A DNA stretch of 64,000 nt from positions 3,286,001 through 3,350,000 of the forward strand of contig OZ287752.1 in assembly GCA_965649765.1 (NCBI GenBank), written 5' to 3'. The notes below the pieces were generated by a model. That model was not told the DNA's origin. It searched no databases and saw only the letters and a program-made list of their open reading frames with translations. This DNA is from Bispira polyomma. Lineage: Eukaryota. Every line of letters starts with the position of its first letter. Within the stretch, counting starts at the first letter, position 1. Position numbers and translations under genes: made by a program. Below are positions 27,590 through 40,502 of the stretch, piece by piece.

Positions 27590-28245
27590 GATAAATAGGC
27601 AGGTTGATGTACATGAACTGTCTTAAAAATCAGGACAATTACCTTAAATTTAATACGAAACTCAATGTAATTGTTTCAGCAGGGGAATAGTGTGAGTGCG
27701 AGGGCCAGTATGGTTTACTATTCTGCACAGGCTATTTTGTATTTTCTGTAGTTTGCTTATTGGCCCTTTCCAATCCCATATAGTAGTGAGTTACAGTAAT
27801 CTAGTCGAATTGATACCAGGGCATTTGCCACTGCAATGGTATTTTTAGGGTAAATGTCATCGAATACTGCGAAAGGCACGGATGTTGCCGTAGCAGGAAT
27901 GACAGATATTGTTTTTTAAAGGTGAAGTCAGAGTCAAAAGTAGGTTCTTCGCACTGTCAGCAGGAGCAGTTCTGTTACCAAGGAGAGTAGCAGGGAAGAA
28001 TTCAAGAACCTTTTTCCTCTGATGTTTGGAGCCAATAAGTAGGAATTCTGTCTTGTCACGGTTGAGTTTCAATTTTGAATTACTCATCCAAAATTCAATC
28101 GAAGACAGGCAGCTAGCAAGCTGTTCCAGGATCTAAGAACAATTTTTGGGAGTGAGGGAGCAGTAGATCTGTGTGTCATCTGCAAAGAAGTGATAGCTAA
28201 CATTGTGGTGTGAGGATATTATACTTGCAAGGGGAGTAGTATACA
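27590..28245 (-). mobile_element. Second L2/CR1 RT fragment
   Basis: YHFFADDTQIY, WMSNSKLKLNRDKTEFLLIGS and ANALVSIRLDYCNSLL. Confidence 0.85.
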
Positions 28246-28497
28246 TATATATAGTAATGTTATTGCATAAAATGAGACATAAACGTTGGTTTTAAAAAAA
28301 ATTATCTATTTATTTAATAAATATATCCAAAAAGGTCAAGTCTAAGGTCAAGCAAAACCATTGTTATCAAAAAGTGTGTGACCAGGGAAGAAATTAAAGA
28401 GGGGGGTAGGCCAATCTGAAAAAGGTGTGTTTTAAGTTGGCTTCTGAAACCAATGATTGTATCTTGTGATTTGACAGTCTGTGGAAGTTTAAATGAA

Positions 28498-28660
28498 TTT
28501 GAATTTAAATTTGGATATTTAACGTCCACTCTAGAACCTTTTAGTAGGTTATATTGGGACGGATAGTTGGACATGCTGGAGGAAACACTGCATACAATCG
28601 GTCAAGGTTCCGCAGAGAAACCAGCAGCCAACAGTAAGGAACTACCACCTTTCCCACATA
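28498..28660 (-). mobile_element. 5'-truncated copy of the young SINE
   Basis: Matches the 3' half of 48166-48418, flanked by a perfect TSD GGAAGTTTAAATGAA. Confidence 0.88.
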
Positions 28661-29469
28661 GGAAGTTTAAATGAAACGTAAATGGCTGAATGTTTACAAA
28701 TTTGTTATTTATAGTATATTTTATCACTGCATCAATTGTCTTAAGAAAAAAAATGTGATTATATGTTGATTTAATTATCTTTTTTCATATTTTGAGCAAT
28801 TACTTGTTGAAATCAATTAATGGCCAGTGGTCACATTTCTTATCGCCATGGATTGACTGGTAAACCATGACTACACCACAGCATATATTATGGTTACAAG
28901 AATATCATTTGAAAATATAAACATACACAAGAAGAAAATTTTATTATCATATATTACAACTTTTTAAACTTGAAAAACAAATTTTAATCTACCCTGATGT
29001 GTAAAAATTTGTTAAAGCTAAAAGATTCGAAAAGAATCATCATTTTAAAATAACCACACTGTCGAAATGGCCCTCTGCACCAAGTTTGATTCTGAAATCA
29101 CCAAAGTTATTTTTAGTGGTAACATATATGACACTCGTCTGGTATTAAATGGTGGATTCACTGTGCTAGTTATTGTGATGGAAGTAACTCAACTGTGTGT
29201 AGGTAATAATAAATATAACCCATCTGATTGCCTCATGTTCAACCTTATGTTCAGAGTTCACTCTTTGAGAATTTTATAGACAGCTTAAGTATGTCATAGC
29301 TAAAATGTTCTTTCTTGTAAAATGTTGATGGGGGTGATCATATCTCTAATATACATTGATCTAGCTGAGAATTTTAATTCATGATACTTTATCACTAACA
29401 GAAGATACTATATTATCACTTTATATCACAGATGATATACTTGTAGAGATCAAGATTATAACATGCAGG

Positions 29470-29714
29470 TTATATTCTAATATAAACATCATTTCCTTGG
29501 TGGTAAGAGGTCTCTGTAAGCATTGGGTTTTCATTGACACACCGCCTGGCAACACATACGCCACCTGGTTTGTAGTTAATTACATTGCCTTTGACTAAAC
29601 AGACCCAATCATGACACTCCCTAACTGTAGGAAATTTCTTTCCTTGAAGAAGAATGCACTTGGAAATTTTTGATGGGGAATTCCTGCTGTAAATCAGCTT
29701 AAAAACACACCAGT
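29470..29714 (-). CDS. Secreted Cys-rich protein, copy 3, terminal exon (intact, 190 aa total)
   Basis: 245 nt, reading NWCVFKLIYSRNSPSKISKCILLQGKKFPTVRECHDWVCLVKGNVINYKPGGVCVARRCVNENPMLTETSYHQGNDVYIRI*. Confidence 0.82.
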
Positions 29715-30372
29715 CTGAAAATACAGCATAGAAATCAACAAACAAATAATAATTATTCATTTGATATAGCGCATTATGAACATCACTGTTATCCAATGTG
29801 TTTTGACATTATTACCCCAGCCTGGGTTCTTCCACTTGTTAACCAATTGTTCAGTATCAGATCCCTCAGGACGCATACTAGCCATGCTGCCACATACAGC
29901 ACACAAAGATTAACACCCATTGGCGGCCAACTACCCATTGATACACTTGGGTAGAGAGGGACAACTTTGTGTAAAGTACCTTTTCCAAGGGTACAATTTC
30001 CAGGGCTACAGTGAAGATTGAACTGGGTTCTTTGAGATCACTCAGATCCAAAGTCCGACACTAACCACTAGGTCACAGAGATCACAAATACATTATTTAC
30101 CTTTTGTCAATAGAAGGCGCCATTGCTGTCAACTACCTTCACATACTTATTGACAAAAATTGATCATTGATTGTTTTAGAAAGACAATATGTTGTTCCTA
30201 ATACTTAAATATGAATAAAATTGAATTATGGGATTTTGTGGGATTTTTAAACTAACAGTTACACATAATAAACAATGTTTTCAGGTGAAAGGAACTACTA
30301 GGAGTTTTATATGTCTGGTCTGTTTTAAAAAATACACAATAATTTAAAGCATCAACACCCCAACATACTCAC

Positions 30373-30489
30373 TTAGCTTTTCATAGACTGGAAGTGTGGA
30401 GGCAGAAAAAACAACAGGTTGCAGGTGATCTTTTGTTACATGAGATACAATAAATGGGTCCCCCAGGCACAGAATACAGTTGTCTTCAG
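30373..30489 (-). CDS. Secreted Cys-rich protein, copy 3, coding exon 2
   Basis: 117 nt with donor GTGAGT, reading AEDNCILCLGDPFIVSHVTKDHLQPVVFSASTLPVYEKL. Confidence 0.82.
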
Positions 30490-32208
30490 CTGTGTGTATA
30501 TGAACGGAATATTCTCGAATTCAAATAAAAACTACCATAGGGCACAGTCAAAGGAAAGCTTAATATTTGATTAGTGTTGCTCCCTTTCATTGCGTCCAAC
30601 TCTTACACAAAATTGTTCAATGTTATTTTGCTTGAAGACCCAATTTTGAAATTAATTTATGTTACACAAAATGGTTAAATTATATTTTTTGATAGAGCCA
30701 ATTGTGAAATAAATTTATAGATAGATGAATATATTAAGCTTTATAGATGGATAACTTGCAAATAGAACCCATTGTAATGTAAGGTGATGTACCCGTCATC
30801 AGCAGATTAAGTGCTTGTCAGAAATATTTTCTGTAAGCATTATTGTTTCTAATAACCCTCCATTAATAAATTAAAAGTCGAGTACACAAGATGCAATTTG
30901 AAACAACATAAATTTTACGTTTGGAACTATAAGTTGGGATTGAGGTGTTCACTGTGTATCCGACTTTATTTTAATAATTCATTGTTTCACTGGTACCCGA
31001 GATGCTGCTATTATAATACTGATGTGGTTTTACAATTTTACATCTAAACTAATCAAATATTTCAATATAAACACAATTTACTATTTTTAAATATTATTTT
31101 AACCATTTCATAAACTGTTACCCATATAAAACCACCAGTAGTGTTACATGCATGTATTTATACCCGTAGAGTTATATTGACATAGTGCCTCCACAACACT
31201 AACTCTCGGGCAACCAGTTAGTTTAAGCCCTGGCCTCACATTAGTGGTATGGCAAGGTGGCTCAGGACGATACATATGTCGCCTGGTACCTGCAGTACTC
31301 TTATCTTGACTGTATCAATACCTGGTCTGACCACATGCAAAATCCCATAACCCTTCGTCACTGGTCGTGTCCGGCGATAGTTTTGAACATGTTCAAAATT
31401 TCTGCTCCACCAAAGAGGAAACGGGTGGTAAACTGCCTCCGCCCATTTCCGGAAAGTACAGAATTCGAATGTAAGTCTTCCGTTCCTGCAATCGTGTGTT
31501 TCAGACTATTTCCACCCATTTCCGTGTATATTTGTTTCACTACTGTAACTTTTCCTCTAGTTTCCGTCTGTTTCCGCCTATTTCTGAGTATTTCCGTTTT
31601 ACTACTGTAAGTCTATTGTAGTAGCATCATCTTTTCCTGTTTGTAAAACTTATCTGTTTCAAGTTTCAGAGGGTATATTTTGATTAGTTGGAACAGCCGA
31701 TTCAATGGGTGGCAAGACAACTTACAGTATTTTCTAGTTTTGTTTGACCGGGCATAATACTAAATTTCTATATTCTAGTGGAACTGCAATACTGCACAAG
31801 TATTAGTATGTTGTTAATCAAGTGAAATCAAAAGTAACTTAAAGAAGGACATTTGTCTTTTTGCTCTACTGTGTGACATTGAATTTAAAAAAAATATGTG
31901 TAAATTATGTAACAAAAAAATATGTAACATGTTCCCGCTTGGTCCTTTCTATAAGAACGCCAAATGATTTATTTAAAGTATTGAAATAAATTATACAAAA
32001 GTTGAATGCTATAAACAGTTCCATAACACATTCAATTATTGTAAGCACATTACTTTCAACATTCTACAATTACAAAGAACTTGTATGATAAGCTATAAAC
32101 AGTTTCGAAGTGCATTCGATAAATTATGAAAGAAGTATTAAAAAAAATAAGGACAGATATTACTGAAAAACTGTAAAAATTATAAGATGTGTCATATAAT
32201 TATCAAAC

Positions 32209-32419
32209 CTGTGTAGACATAATGGTAACATGCATATATCTGATGACAGAGCCTCCCACAAGACATCGAAGCATAGCACCCGATCGGCTTGTGATATGTA
32301 CAAGACAGAGTGTTGGATAGATCTGACACAGAAGTCACTTTAATTTTCCCAAAAACAACCTTTATTGCCCCACAAAAGGACAAAATACCTAGCAATACTT
32401 GCAATGTATACAATTCCAT
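32209..32419 (-). CDS. Secreted Cys-rich protein, copy 3, coding exon 1
   Basis: MELYTLQVLLGILSFCGAIKVVFG-KIKV...SCTYHKPIGCYASMSCGRLCHQIYACYHYVYT. 211 nt. Confidence 0.82.
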
Positions 32420-35400
32420 GCCTAACAATTGAATAATATAAATTATATCCTATTTGCATAGACAATTTAAATTGATAAAGTATATCATTTGCTGGACAAT
32501 GCTACTGTGAAGATGACAATATTCTAAATAGAACACATCACTATAATGCGGGTAAAATGTGTTGCTGAATTATGAAAAAAATACACGGTGACTGTCATTT
32601 TTTTGTCTGTTTACTCATGATTGCTGCTTGAAATAAATAACTTGCTGTTCAACAAATGTTTTTTTTTTTTCAAAAATAGCCAATTGTTACTAAAATGTAA
32701 CAATACCGACATCTAAATGAAGATCGTGGATTGTTGAAATTTTCATGGCCTTTCAACAATTAACTAATGCAAAACACACCATTGGCAGAAATAATTGACA
32801 ATACAATAACACCTAAAATGAACTATGATATGGACAGTTCTATATACCAGTTTAAGGTCGGTGGTCAGAAGTCAAGGTAAGTATAAGTCCAGAATGCGGT
32901 TTAAAACATTTATTACAACTACAAATATATATACATGTTTGTGAATGACTTAAGGTCATTCTGTAAATTAGTGTTAATACTAATTTAATGACTTAAGGTC
33001 ACCTTTATTGAATAAATGTCTTCAATTCAACTTACTAAAATTTTTAGGGTCACCTCAGCCCACTTCACAGTTTATTACGTAATTGTCCATATGCCACTTG
33101 GCCATTGAACTAGGTAAGGTGACCATTACTTCAAAGGTACAATTTAAATTGTTTCTAGTTTACAATAAGTACACACAAGATTTTAGTTTCTAGTTTACAT
33201 TAAATACACATTAGATTTTAGTTAGATAGTTAAGTTTGACATGTTAGTACATGTTTCATCATACATTGCATTGTTTAGGTGATATTCCATAAACTAATGG
33301 TTTAGACTTACATGCAGGTAAGTGATATTAACAATAGCATAAATTAATGTATATACATGAAATACTGTTTTATAATACGTAGAATTGTAACTGTTAAAAG
33401 CATAAACGCATCATTGATGTAAATGTTAATGTTCATTTATACAACACATGAGTCATCATGTCCTTAACCTTAGGCCTTGACATGTGGTATAACCATTTGG
33501 ACAGGTTATTTACTGTGAGATCCTTGTCTAGCTCAGCTTAAGGCCCTACTTGACTGAGTAATATAGTCCCTGTTACAATTTGAGTTATATGTTTTGGCTA
33601 CTAGTTAAGCATTCTATATGTGGACATTCTGATGTAGTTCATTTATTTCATGTGTGTTTAAAATGTCATATGTGGTGTACAGACTTGAGGGGTATCAGCT
33701 GATGTGTATTGGGTACAATATTGTTGGAGAACTGTCAGTTATAAAAGTTTAGGGTCCAGTCGCATATATGCAGATACACTATACATTATTGGTAATATGT
33801 TGTTGAGGAGTAGTTATGACTTTTAAACATGTTATTTAGCAGTTGTATTTAATTGTGAGTGTTACTATCACATGTAATTTAGAATTTAGTAGTGTATATT
33901 AGACATTGTTGTTTATCATTCAGGAATGATTCTACACAGTGTACATTGAGCTTAAGCTATGCTCTGTTCAGAAACTTTGATTCAATATAGTCTAGGTATT
34001 CTGTTGAGCGGTTTTGACACAGGCATGCTGTCTAAGGTGTAGAATGGCAAACAGTTTAGTTTAAAAATCAGTGGAGTTTTAGCAGCCAGTGTGGTAGTAT
34101 TACCGGGGAAGGAAATGTAACTTGTACTACAGGAGTGTTTGTAAGTAAATTAATACACTTTGGTATATTAGACTTTATGGATATTTCATTGTGATAGTAT
34201 GTATATGTAATGTATTACTCCAAATATGTAGTTACTGAAAAGTTCATGTTATAAGAACAGCCTATGTAAATATGTATGTCACTTATTAAAGGTCTGTTTA
34301 GTTAGGGGTTCATACCTCTATAATAGAATACTGAAGTCACTTTAGAGTTATATGTAGTTTATGAATATAGGTGACAAGTAAAATTACTAACTAATGATGT
34401 GTAACTTTCAAAAGTAATTATGTATAGGTATAGTGAATATTGTTATACTTCATGAACAAGGATACACTTGTATAAAGAGTATAGTAAGGATGCTTAATTC
34501 TTTACTTTTCAAGCACTGGTGCTGGCAGTACGCCCTTTATGACTGAACAATTGAGGCTGGTGGTATCATTCATCTTGTTAGTTACACAGAACAACAGTGT
34601 ATGGTGATACAGGCAAGATTCAGCATGTTATATCGACTCCGCACAATTCTTCACTGGGACTGTGAGTTATGACTGCGTAACAACTTTAGTCAAACTTGAA
34701 CTGACAACAACAACGTTACTGTAATACAGCTAACAGCTTGGAAGACATTTCATCAGGAGGACAATAGTCAGGAACTTTGTGAACTATGGTATTGTAACAT
34801 TATTAAAGGTGTATCCTTGGTGAGAGTAATTTATTAATAATCCGGTTTTGAACCTATGATGTAAAGAGAGTTAAAATTTGAGATTGAACACACTTAATGT
34901 GAGCCACATGTTATTTTGTCTTATCATTGTAATTCTGAATAAATAGCAATAAGCTTAGTAAAGTTAGAACGCTCTTTTGCTATCTTACTATCTACAAACC
35001 ACTATACAATCAAAGCGTAACAGTCCCTTACCTAATACATAATAAGGGGTCTAAACCACCAGTGTACACAAAAAGCTATCTAAACCCTGTGGTTTCAACT
35101 GCTCACTGGTCACTGTTATCCTTGACATGGTATGTCCGCATGCTGAAACTACAGCAAACCATTAAATGGTAGGGTATAGGGTGGGTTGTAAAAAACACTA
35201 TTACTCTAAGTTAATGATGGCTGCCACTTGGCGCCAAAGCCTGTTATACTCGTCCCCTCTGACGTGAAGTGGCCTAGTTGCCACTTCTAGTCTGGTACCA
35301 GAACTGAGAGGGGGTGTCGCCTGGGTGTCATCCCGACACAGGTCCTCACATACCAGTTTAAGGTCGGTGGTTAGAAGTCTGGAAGTTAAGGCAAGCAACA

Positions 35401-35884
35401 TGTAACCCTCTACATTAACTATAATCACCGAAGCCCCAAGTTAGTAGTAGCTAGGTAACTAGCTAGCATTGCTTAAAATTATCAGCTACTTGCTGGCCAG
35501 CATTGATGGTGTCAGTGACGTACCTCCACACGCAGTCTGAAGTCCAGGTGCCATGTTGTTGAATGTTGATATTATGATTGAAAGCAAAAGTTGCTATTCT
35601 TGCCCCCCTATATTTTTGCAACTTTGTGTGGCAGTTTAATCCAACTTAACATGTCAACACTATCAATAACATTTGGCGCCTTGCATTGTATGTGAGAGAT
35701 GTAATTGACTTTGTGCGTAGCCACTCCTGCAAATTACCCTTTTGTACCAATAGTAAATCACCTTTTATGGGGGAGAATCTATCCCACTCTGTGTTGTTAT
35801 TGGCATTGTTAATTGTTCTACTTCCACTCCAAATTGGCCTTGCAATATGGTAAGTGTGTCTGTTAACAATCAATAACTACATAC

Positions 35885-36390
35885 ATGCCAAAGGTCCTCT
35901 GTCGTATTGTGTACAAGCTTGCAAATTCAGCCATGTCTCACCATACCTAAACAAACTCTACTGACTTACCTGTTGGACAGCACATTATTTTGAAATACAA
36001 CCGTCTTGTGCATAAAACTCTCAAACTCAACCAACCTCCATATTTGTCCTCACTAATCAAACTTACCTTTTCAGATTGGCCTACCCCTCCTCCCTAGTCA
36101 CCCTTCCCTTGGTGGATGTTTTCTACTAACATCCAGCTCGTCCCTGGATCTTCACTTTTTGGAGGTGCAGGTGCTGCTTCGCTGTTGTGGCTCCTGTTGA
36201 ATGGAACAAATTCCCACACAATGTCAGATCACAGGATAAAATCACTGGTTTCAGAAGCCATCCAAAAACTTACCTTTTCAGACTGGCATACCCCCTCCTT
36301 AGTCACCTTTCCCTTTATAGATGCTTTCTGGTAACAACCAGCTTGCCCCTGGATCTTCCCTTTTTGGATATCAGCGCCTTATAGAATGAT
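35885..36390 (+). mobile_element. L2/CR1 3' remnants with duplicated tail
   Basis: HVSPYLNKLY, APVEWNKFPHNVRSQDKITGFRSHPKTYLFRLAYP. Confidence 0.75.
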
Positions 36391-36630
36391 CTTATAAATT
36401 TGTCGCTCGATTTTTAATGATCAGCTCCTGATTCGGAGCTGACGTCGATCAGGTGTATCCTACTTCTGTTTTCTTAGGTTTGAATTTTTTCGGATGACGG
36501 AAACAGATGACGGAATTGGAACCAAAATGGTTAGGTCTATTTGCCTCTTTATGATCAATTAAATTCTTTTGACACCTTGTTCTCAAGTTACTATTTCTCC
36601 CAGTATCAAATGTAGCTGGCTTTTTGAGGC

Positions 36631-37282
36631 TTTTGTGTAGGGGTATTATTGCCAAGAGTTACTACCATTTCTTTTGTGTAGGGGTATTTTTGAGAAGAGT
36701 TACTACCATTTCTTTTGTGTAGGGGTATTATTGCCAAGAGTTACTGCCATTTCTTTTGTGTGGGCGTATTATTGCCAAGAGTTACTGCCATTTCTTTCGT
36801 GTGGGCATATTATTGCCAAGTGCTACTACCATTTTTTGTGTAGGGGTATTATTGCCAAGAGTTGCTGCCATTTCTTTTGTGTTGGGATATTATTGCCAAA
36901 AGTTACTGCCATTTCTTTTGTGTGGGCGTATTATTGCCAAGAGTTACTGCCATTTCTTTTGTGTGGGCGTATTATTGCCAAGAGTTACTGCCATTTCTTT
37001 TGTGTAGGGGTATTATTGCCAAGAGTTACTGCCATTTCTTTTGTGTTGGGATATTATTGCTAAGAGTTACTGACATTTCTTTTGTGTTGGGATATTATTG
37101 CCAAAAGTTACTACCATTTCTTTTGTGTAGTGGTATTATTGCCAAGAGTTACTACCATTTCTTTTGTGTAGGCGTATTATTGCCAAGAGTTACTACCATT
37201 TCTTTTGTGTAGGCGTACTATTGCCAAGAGTTACTGCCATTTCTTTTGTGTAGGGGTATTATTCTAAGGGTTACTACCATTT
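36631..37282 (+). repeat. Minisatellite, 41-42 bp unit, ~16 copies
   Basis: Consensus TTTTGTGTAGGGGTATTATTGCCAAGAGTTACT(A/G)CCATTTC, head-to-tail. Confidence 0.95.
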
Positions 37283-38204
37283 TTCCCTCCGAGTTGTGAG
37301 CATAAGTTTTGTACAATATTGTCAAAAATGTTTCACACTTGAAACCACTCAGCCCATTCCTCCCGTATGACTTTATGTTCACTATGAAAAGCATTTACAT
37401 TTAATACACTTTTGATCCAATAACATAACATTCTTTCTCAGGCAGGGTATGAGTTTAATTTCTGCTCAAGCCCTCTACTGATATTTTTTTAATATTTTGA
37501 CCTGTTTCGACATTCAGACCCTATGGCTGTTTCACCAATTATCTATAGCAAAACAAACTGCACACAGATGGGTTTGTGGTAGCTCAAAACACATCTGTAT
37601 CGACTCGAATTTCTGTTTTAATGTTCGTCTGGTGGTCACGAATGAACTCTGATCACAAACCTTCTCTTCTATCGGACTATTCTTTTGCATACTGATTGAG
37701 ATGTGTGTCACAGAGGATGCCCGGACATTGATTGTGGTGTCAGAGAAGTATAAACCTTAACATTACCATAAGTAGGTGCCATCTGTTTTGGGGATTTTTT
37801 TGTGCCTGTTTTCATTGTAGTATTGTGCTAAGACATTTTAAATGTTTTTTCTCTATGGATTGAAATTTGAACTGGTTGCTCCCTGTGTGTTTTAAACATT
37901 AATTCCCCTGGCTCCATTCTACACAGGAGCACTGCTTGGCTGCACCCACCGCAGCACTGTGGTGGATGAAGGAACATTAACTCTAGCTGAACTCACTGAC
38001 AAAGGCAAGACACTACCGTATAGCAGAATAAGTAAAGACAATAATAAGGCTTTACAAAGCCCTCAGCCAATAATCATGTAGAAGTGTTCAATTAGAAATC
38101 TGTCAGCTGTTATCTAGGTATCCAGCGACCACAATGCATTGTACAATATTAACACCTTTGTTCTACACATATATCAATAGACTAACACAATATTGGCGCA
38201 CACT

Positions 38205-38480
38205 TTTTGTGACCTTGCTGTTATAGTATCGGACTTTGGATCTGAGGGATCTGAGAAATCTGAGGGTTCTGGGTCGATTATTGGTGCCTGCCTAGAGATT
38301 AGACAAGGTACTTCACACAAAGTTTCTCCCTCTCTACCCAGGTGTATAAATGGGTGCCTGGCCGCAAATGGGTGTTAATCTTTGTGTGCTTATGTGGCAG
38401 CATGGCTAGTGTGCTTCCTGAGGGAGCTGAGATGGGGATGTAAACTATCCCTCAGTGGAGGTGATATCGGACTATAAACA
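38205..38480 (+). mobile_element. CORE-like tRNA SINE
   Basis: CTCTCTACCCAGGTGTATAAATGGGTGCCTGGCCGC central block shared with 40503-40680. Confidence 0.7.
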
Positions 38481-39248
38481 TTTACACTGAAATATCGCAA
38501 AGGACTTAATACACATAAGCTATTGATAAGCTATTGACATTTTTTTGTTTTCACTAGAAATTAGTGTCTCATTACAGACCAGTGAATTGTCTTAATTAAA
38601 TAGAATGAAACATATAGGCATTGCACTGTTGTTATTTTGGTTCATAGTAAAAAGGAAAGAAACTCCTCAATGAATTAGTTAAAGTGACAATTTCTATAAT
38701 TTTCTATTGATGCTTAAGCTATGATGTTTTCACTCGGATTTAGTGTCACATTACAGACCAGTAAATTGTCCTAATTAAATAGAATGAAACATATAGGAGA
38801 GAAAGTCAATGATGAATTATTTAAATTTACAATTGCTATAATTTTCTATAATTTCAAGTTAATTTTAGACACTTGAACAATGTCCTAGAATAAATTACAT
38901 GTACTCACATTACCCCATCCTCCCGTACAGAAGAAGTGGTGTTCACTTCTTTATTTTGATAGTTTTAAGTTACAAATCAAACATTTATAACTATACAACT
39001 ACATACAATAATTGAGAGCAATCACACATAAGGTGAGGGAGAATTTAATGGCTTAGTACAAGAATATAAGAAATTTACAAATTATAAATATATCTAATAC
39101 CTTGAAAGAAATATTTATAAAAGAACCTATTTTGTCTAAAACTTTTAAGTTACAGATATTAAATAATCAAACTTTTAAAGTTGCAGTACACACAGAAGTA
39201 TAACAGTTGAAATAACTTGGTAGTGTAATTCATGCATCTTGGAATAAA

Positions 39249-39509
39249 TTTTTTTTTTTTTTTTAATTTGGATATTTAACGTCCACTCTAGTACCTGTTT
39301 AGGTTATATTGGGACGGGTAGTTGGAAACGCTGGAGGAAACACTGCATACAGTTGATCAAGGTTCTGCACTGAAATCTGCGGCCCACAGTAAGGAACTAC
39401 CACCTTTCCCACATAGACATCGACGGATTTGAACTCACGCCGCCTAGAGGTGAGAGACTAGTGTTTGTGAAGCGCAATGCTTGCTAACCACTAGGCCACC
39501 GCGGCCCCC
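39249..39509 (-). mobile_element. Young tRNA-derived SINE with poly(A) tail
   Basis: Same family as 24572-24829. TSD GCAT(C/T)TTGGAATAAA. Confidence 0.92.
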
Positions 39510-40502
39510 GCATTTTGGAATAAAGCTTCTTTTATTTTGATTGCACGTACTAAATGAATACTCAAAAGAATTTGACAGTAACACCATAGATCATTAAATG
39601 TAGCACTTTTAGTCTCCAGTCTTTGTGTGACAGATGTATGTTAATGATAACAGTGTCTGGGGACATCTCAACACCGAGGTTGATTTGAAAGGGAACCCCT
39701 CCAACCTCCTGCCGGTGAAGCGCCCATTTTTTTCATTCCCCTTAAATTTTATCAGTGCGATGTAACAGTATGCAAATCCCCTGCCATAGTTTGCACCCCC
39801 TCATAAGTGTTGACAGTATATATGTAGTTTGAAACATCTTTGTGTGTTTATCCATTCCCAACTCAGATTTAATTACCATATTTGAATAAGGGGTATTCTT
39901 TAATGTAAAATGTAGCCTCCATATTTTGAACCCCCTTATGGTTCATTCACATCGCACTGATACAGATGCGGGTATACAATTTTCTTGGTTCTTATAAATT
40001 GTTGAATTAACGAAGTTTTGAGGGAGCTAAACAAAAGCATATAAGATTAAGCAACATCATCCAATAAATAAGATAAATGTCGGGGGGAGGGGGGGAGGGG
40101 GGAGGGGGAAGGGGGGGAGGGGGGGGCTCATTCTGTCTATTCATGTTATTAATTATTATTTTCCTGTCATTTAATTAGTATGCCTGGGTGTACTGGCGTT
40201 AACGCTGGCTACGCCCCTGTAGGATAAGTTGTTTACTACATCAATCTGTACATGTATCATTCTGTGTAATGTATCATAAGTAGATTTCAAAACTCTTTTG
40301 GCTAATCTGGTGGTTTTTTTTTTTGATTTAGTGTTGAGTTTGTTCATATGTATTATTGCACCATTTTGAATTTGTTAAGGCTATGTGTTAGGTTCTGGTG
40401 ATTTAATGGTGATCCACATAGATTAAAGACAAACAAAGGATACTATACTTCCATAGATGAGAAATTTAGAGACTGCCATCGTGCATATTATGGCTATATG
40501 GA

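Larger units (their letters stand above)
5123..32852. repeat. Three-unit tandem segmental duplication (units ~5123-15188, ~15189-21850, ~21851-32852)
   Basis: Kilobases of near-identical sequence at ~6676 bp offset (13299 vs 19975). A third, more diverged copy is interrupted by LINE/SINE insertions. Junctions read ATACCAGTT|GGC, joining sequence like 32844-32852 to sequence like 5123 onward. Confidence 0.9.

Noticed and set aside
36631-37282. CRISPR-like periodicity and Cys-rich ORFs in the 41-bp repeat
   Set aside because: Units are contiguous with no unique spacers, there are no cas genes and the context is eukaryotic. The ORFs are by-products of the repeat.
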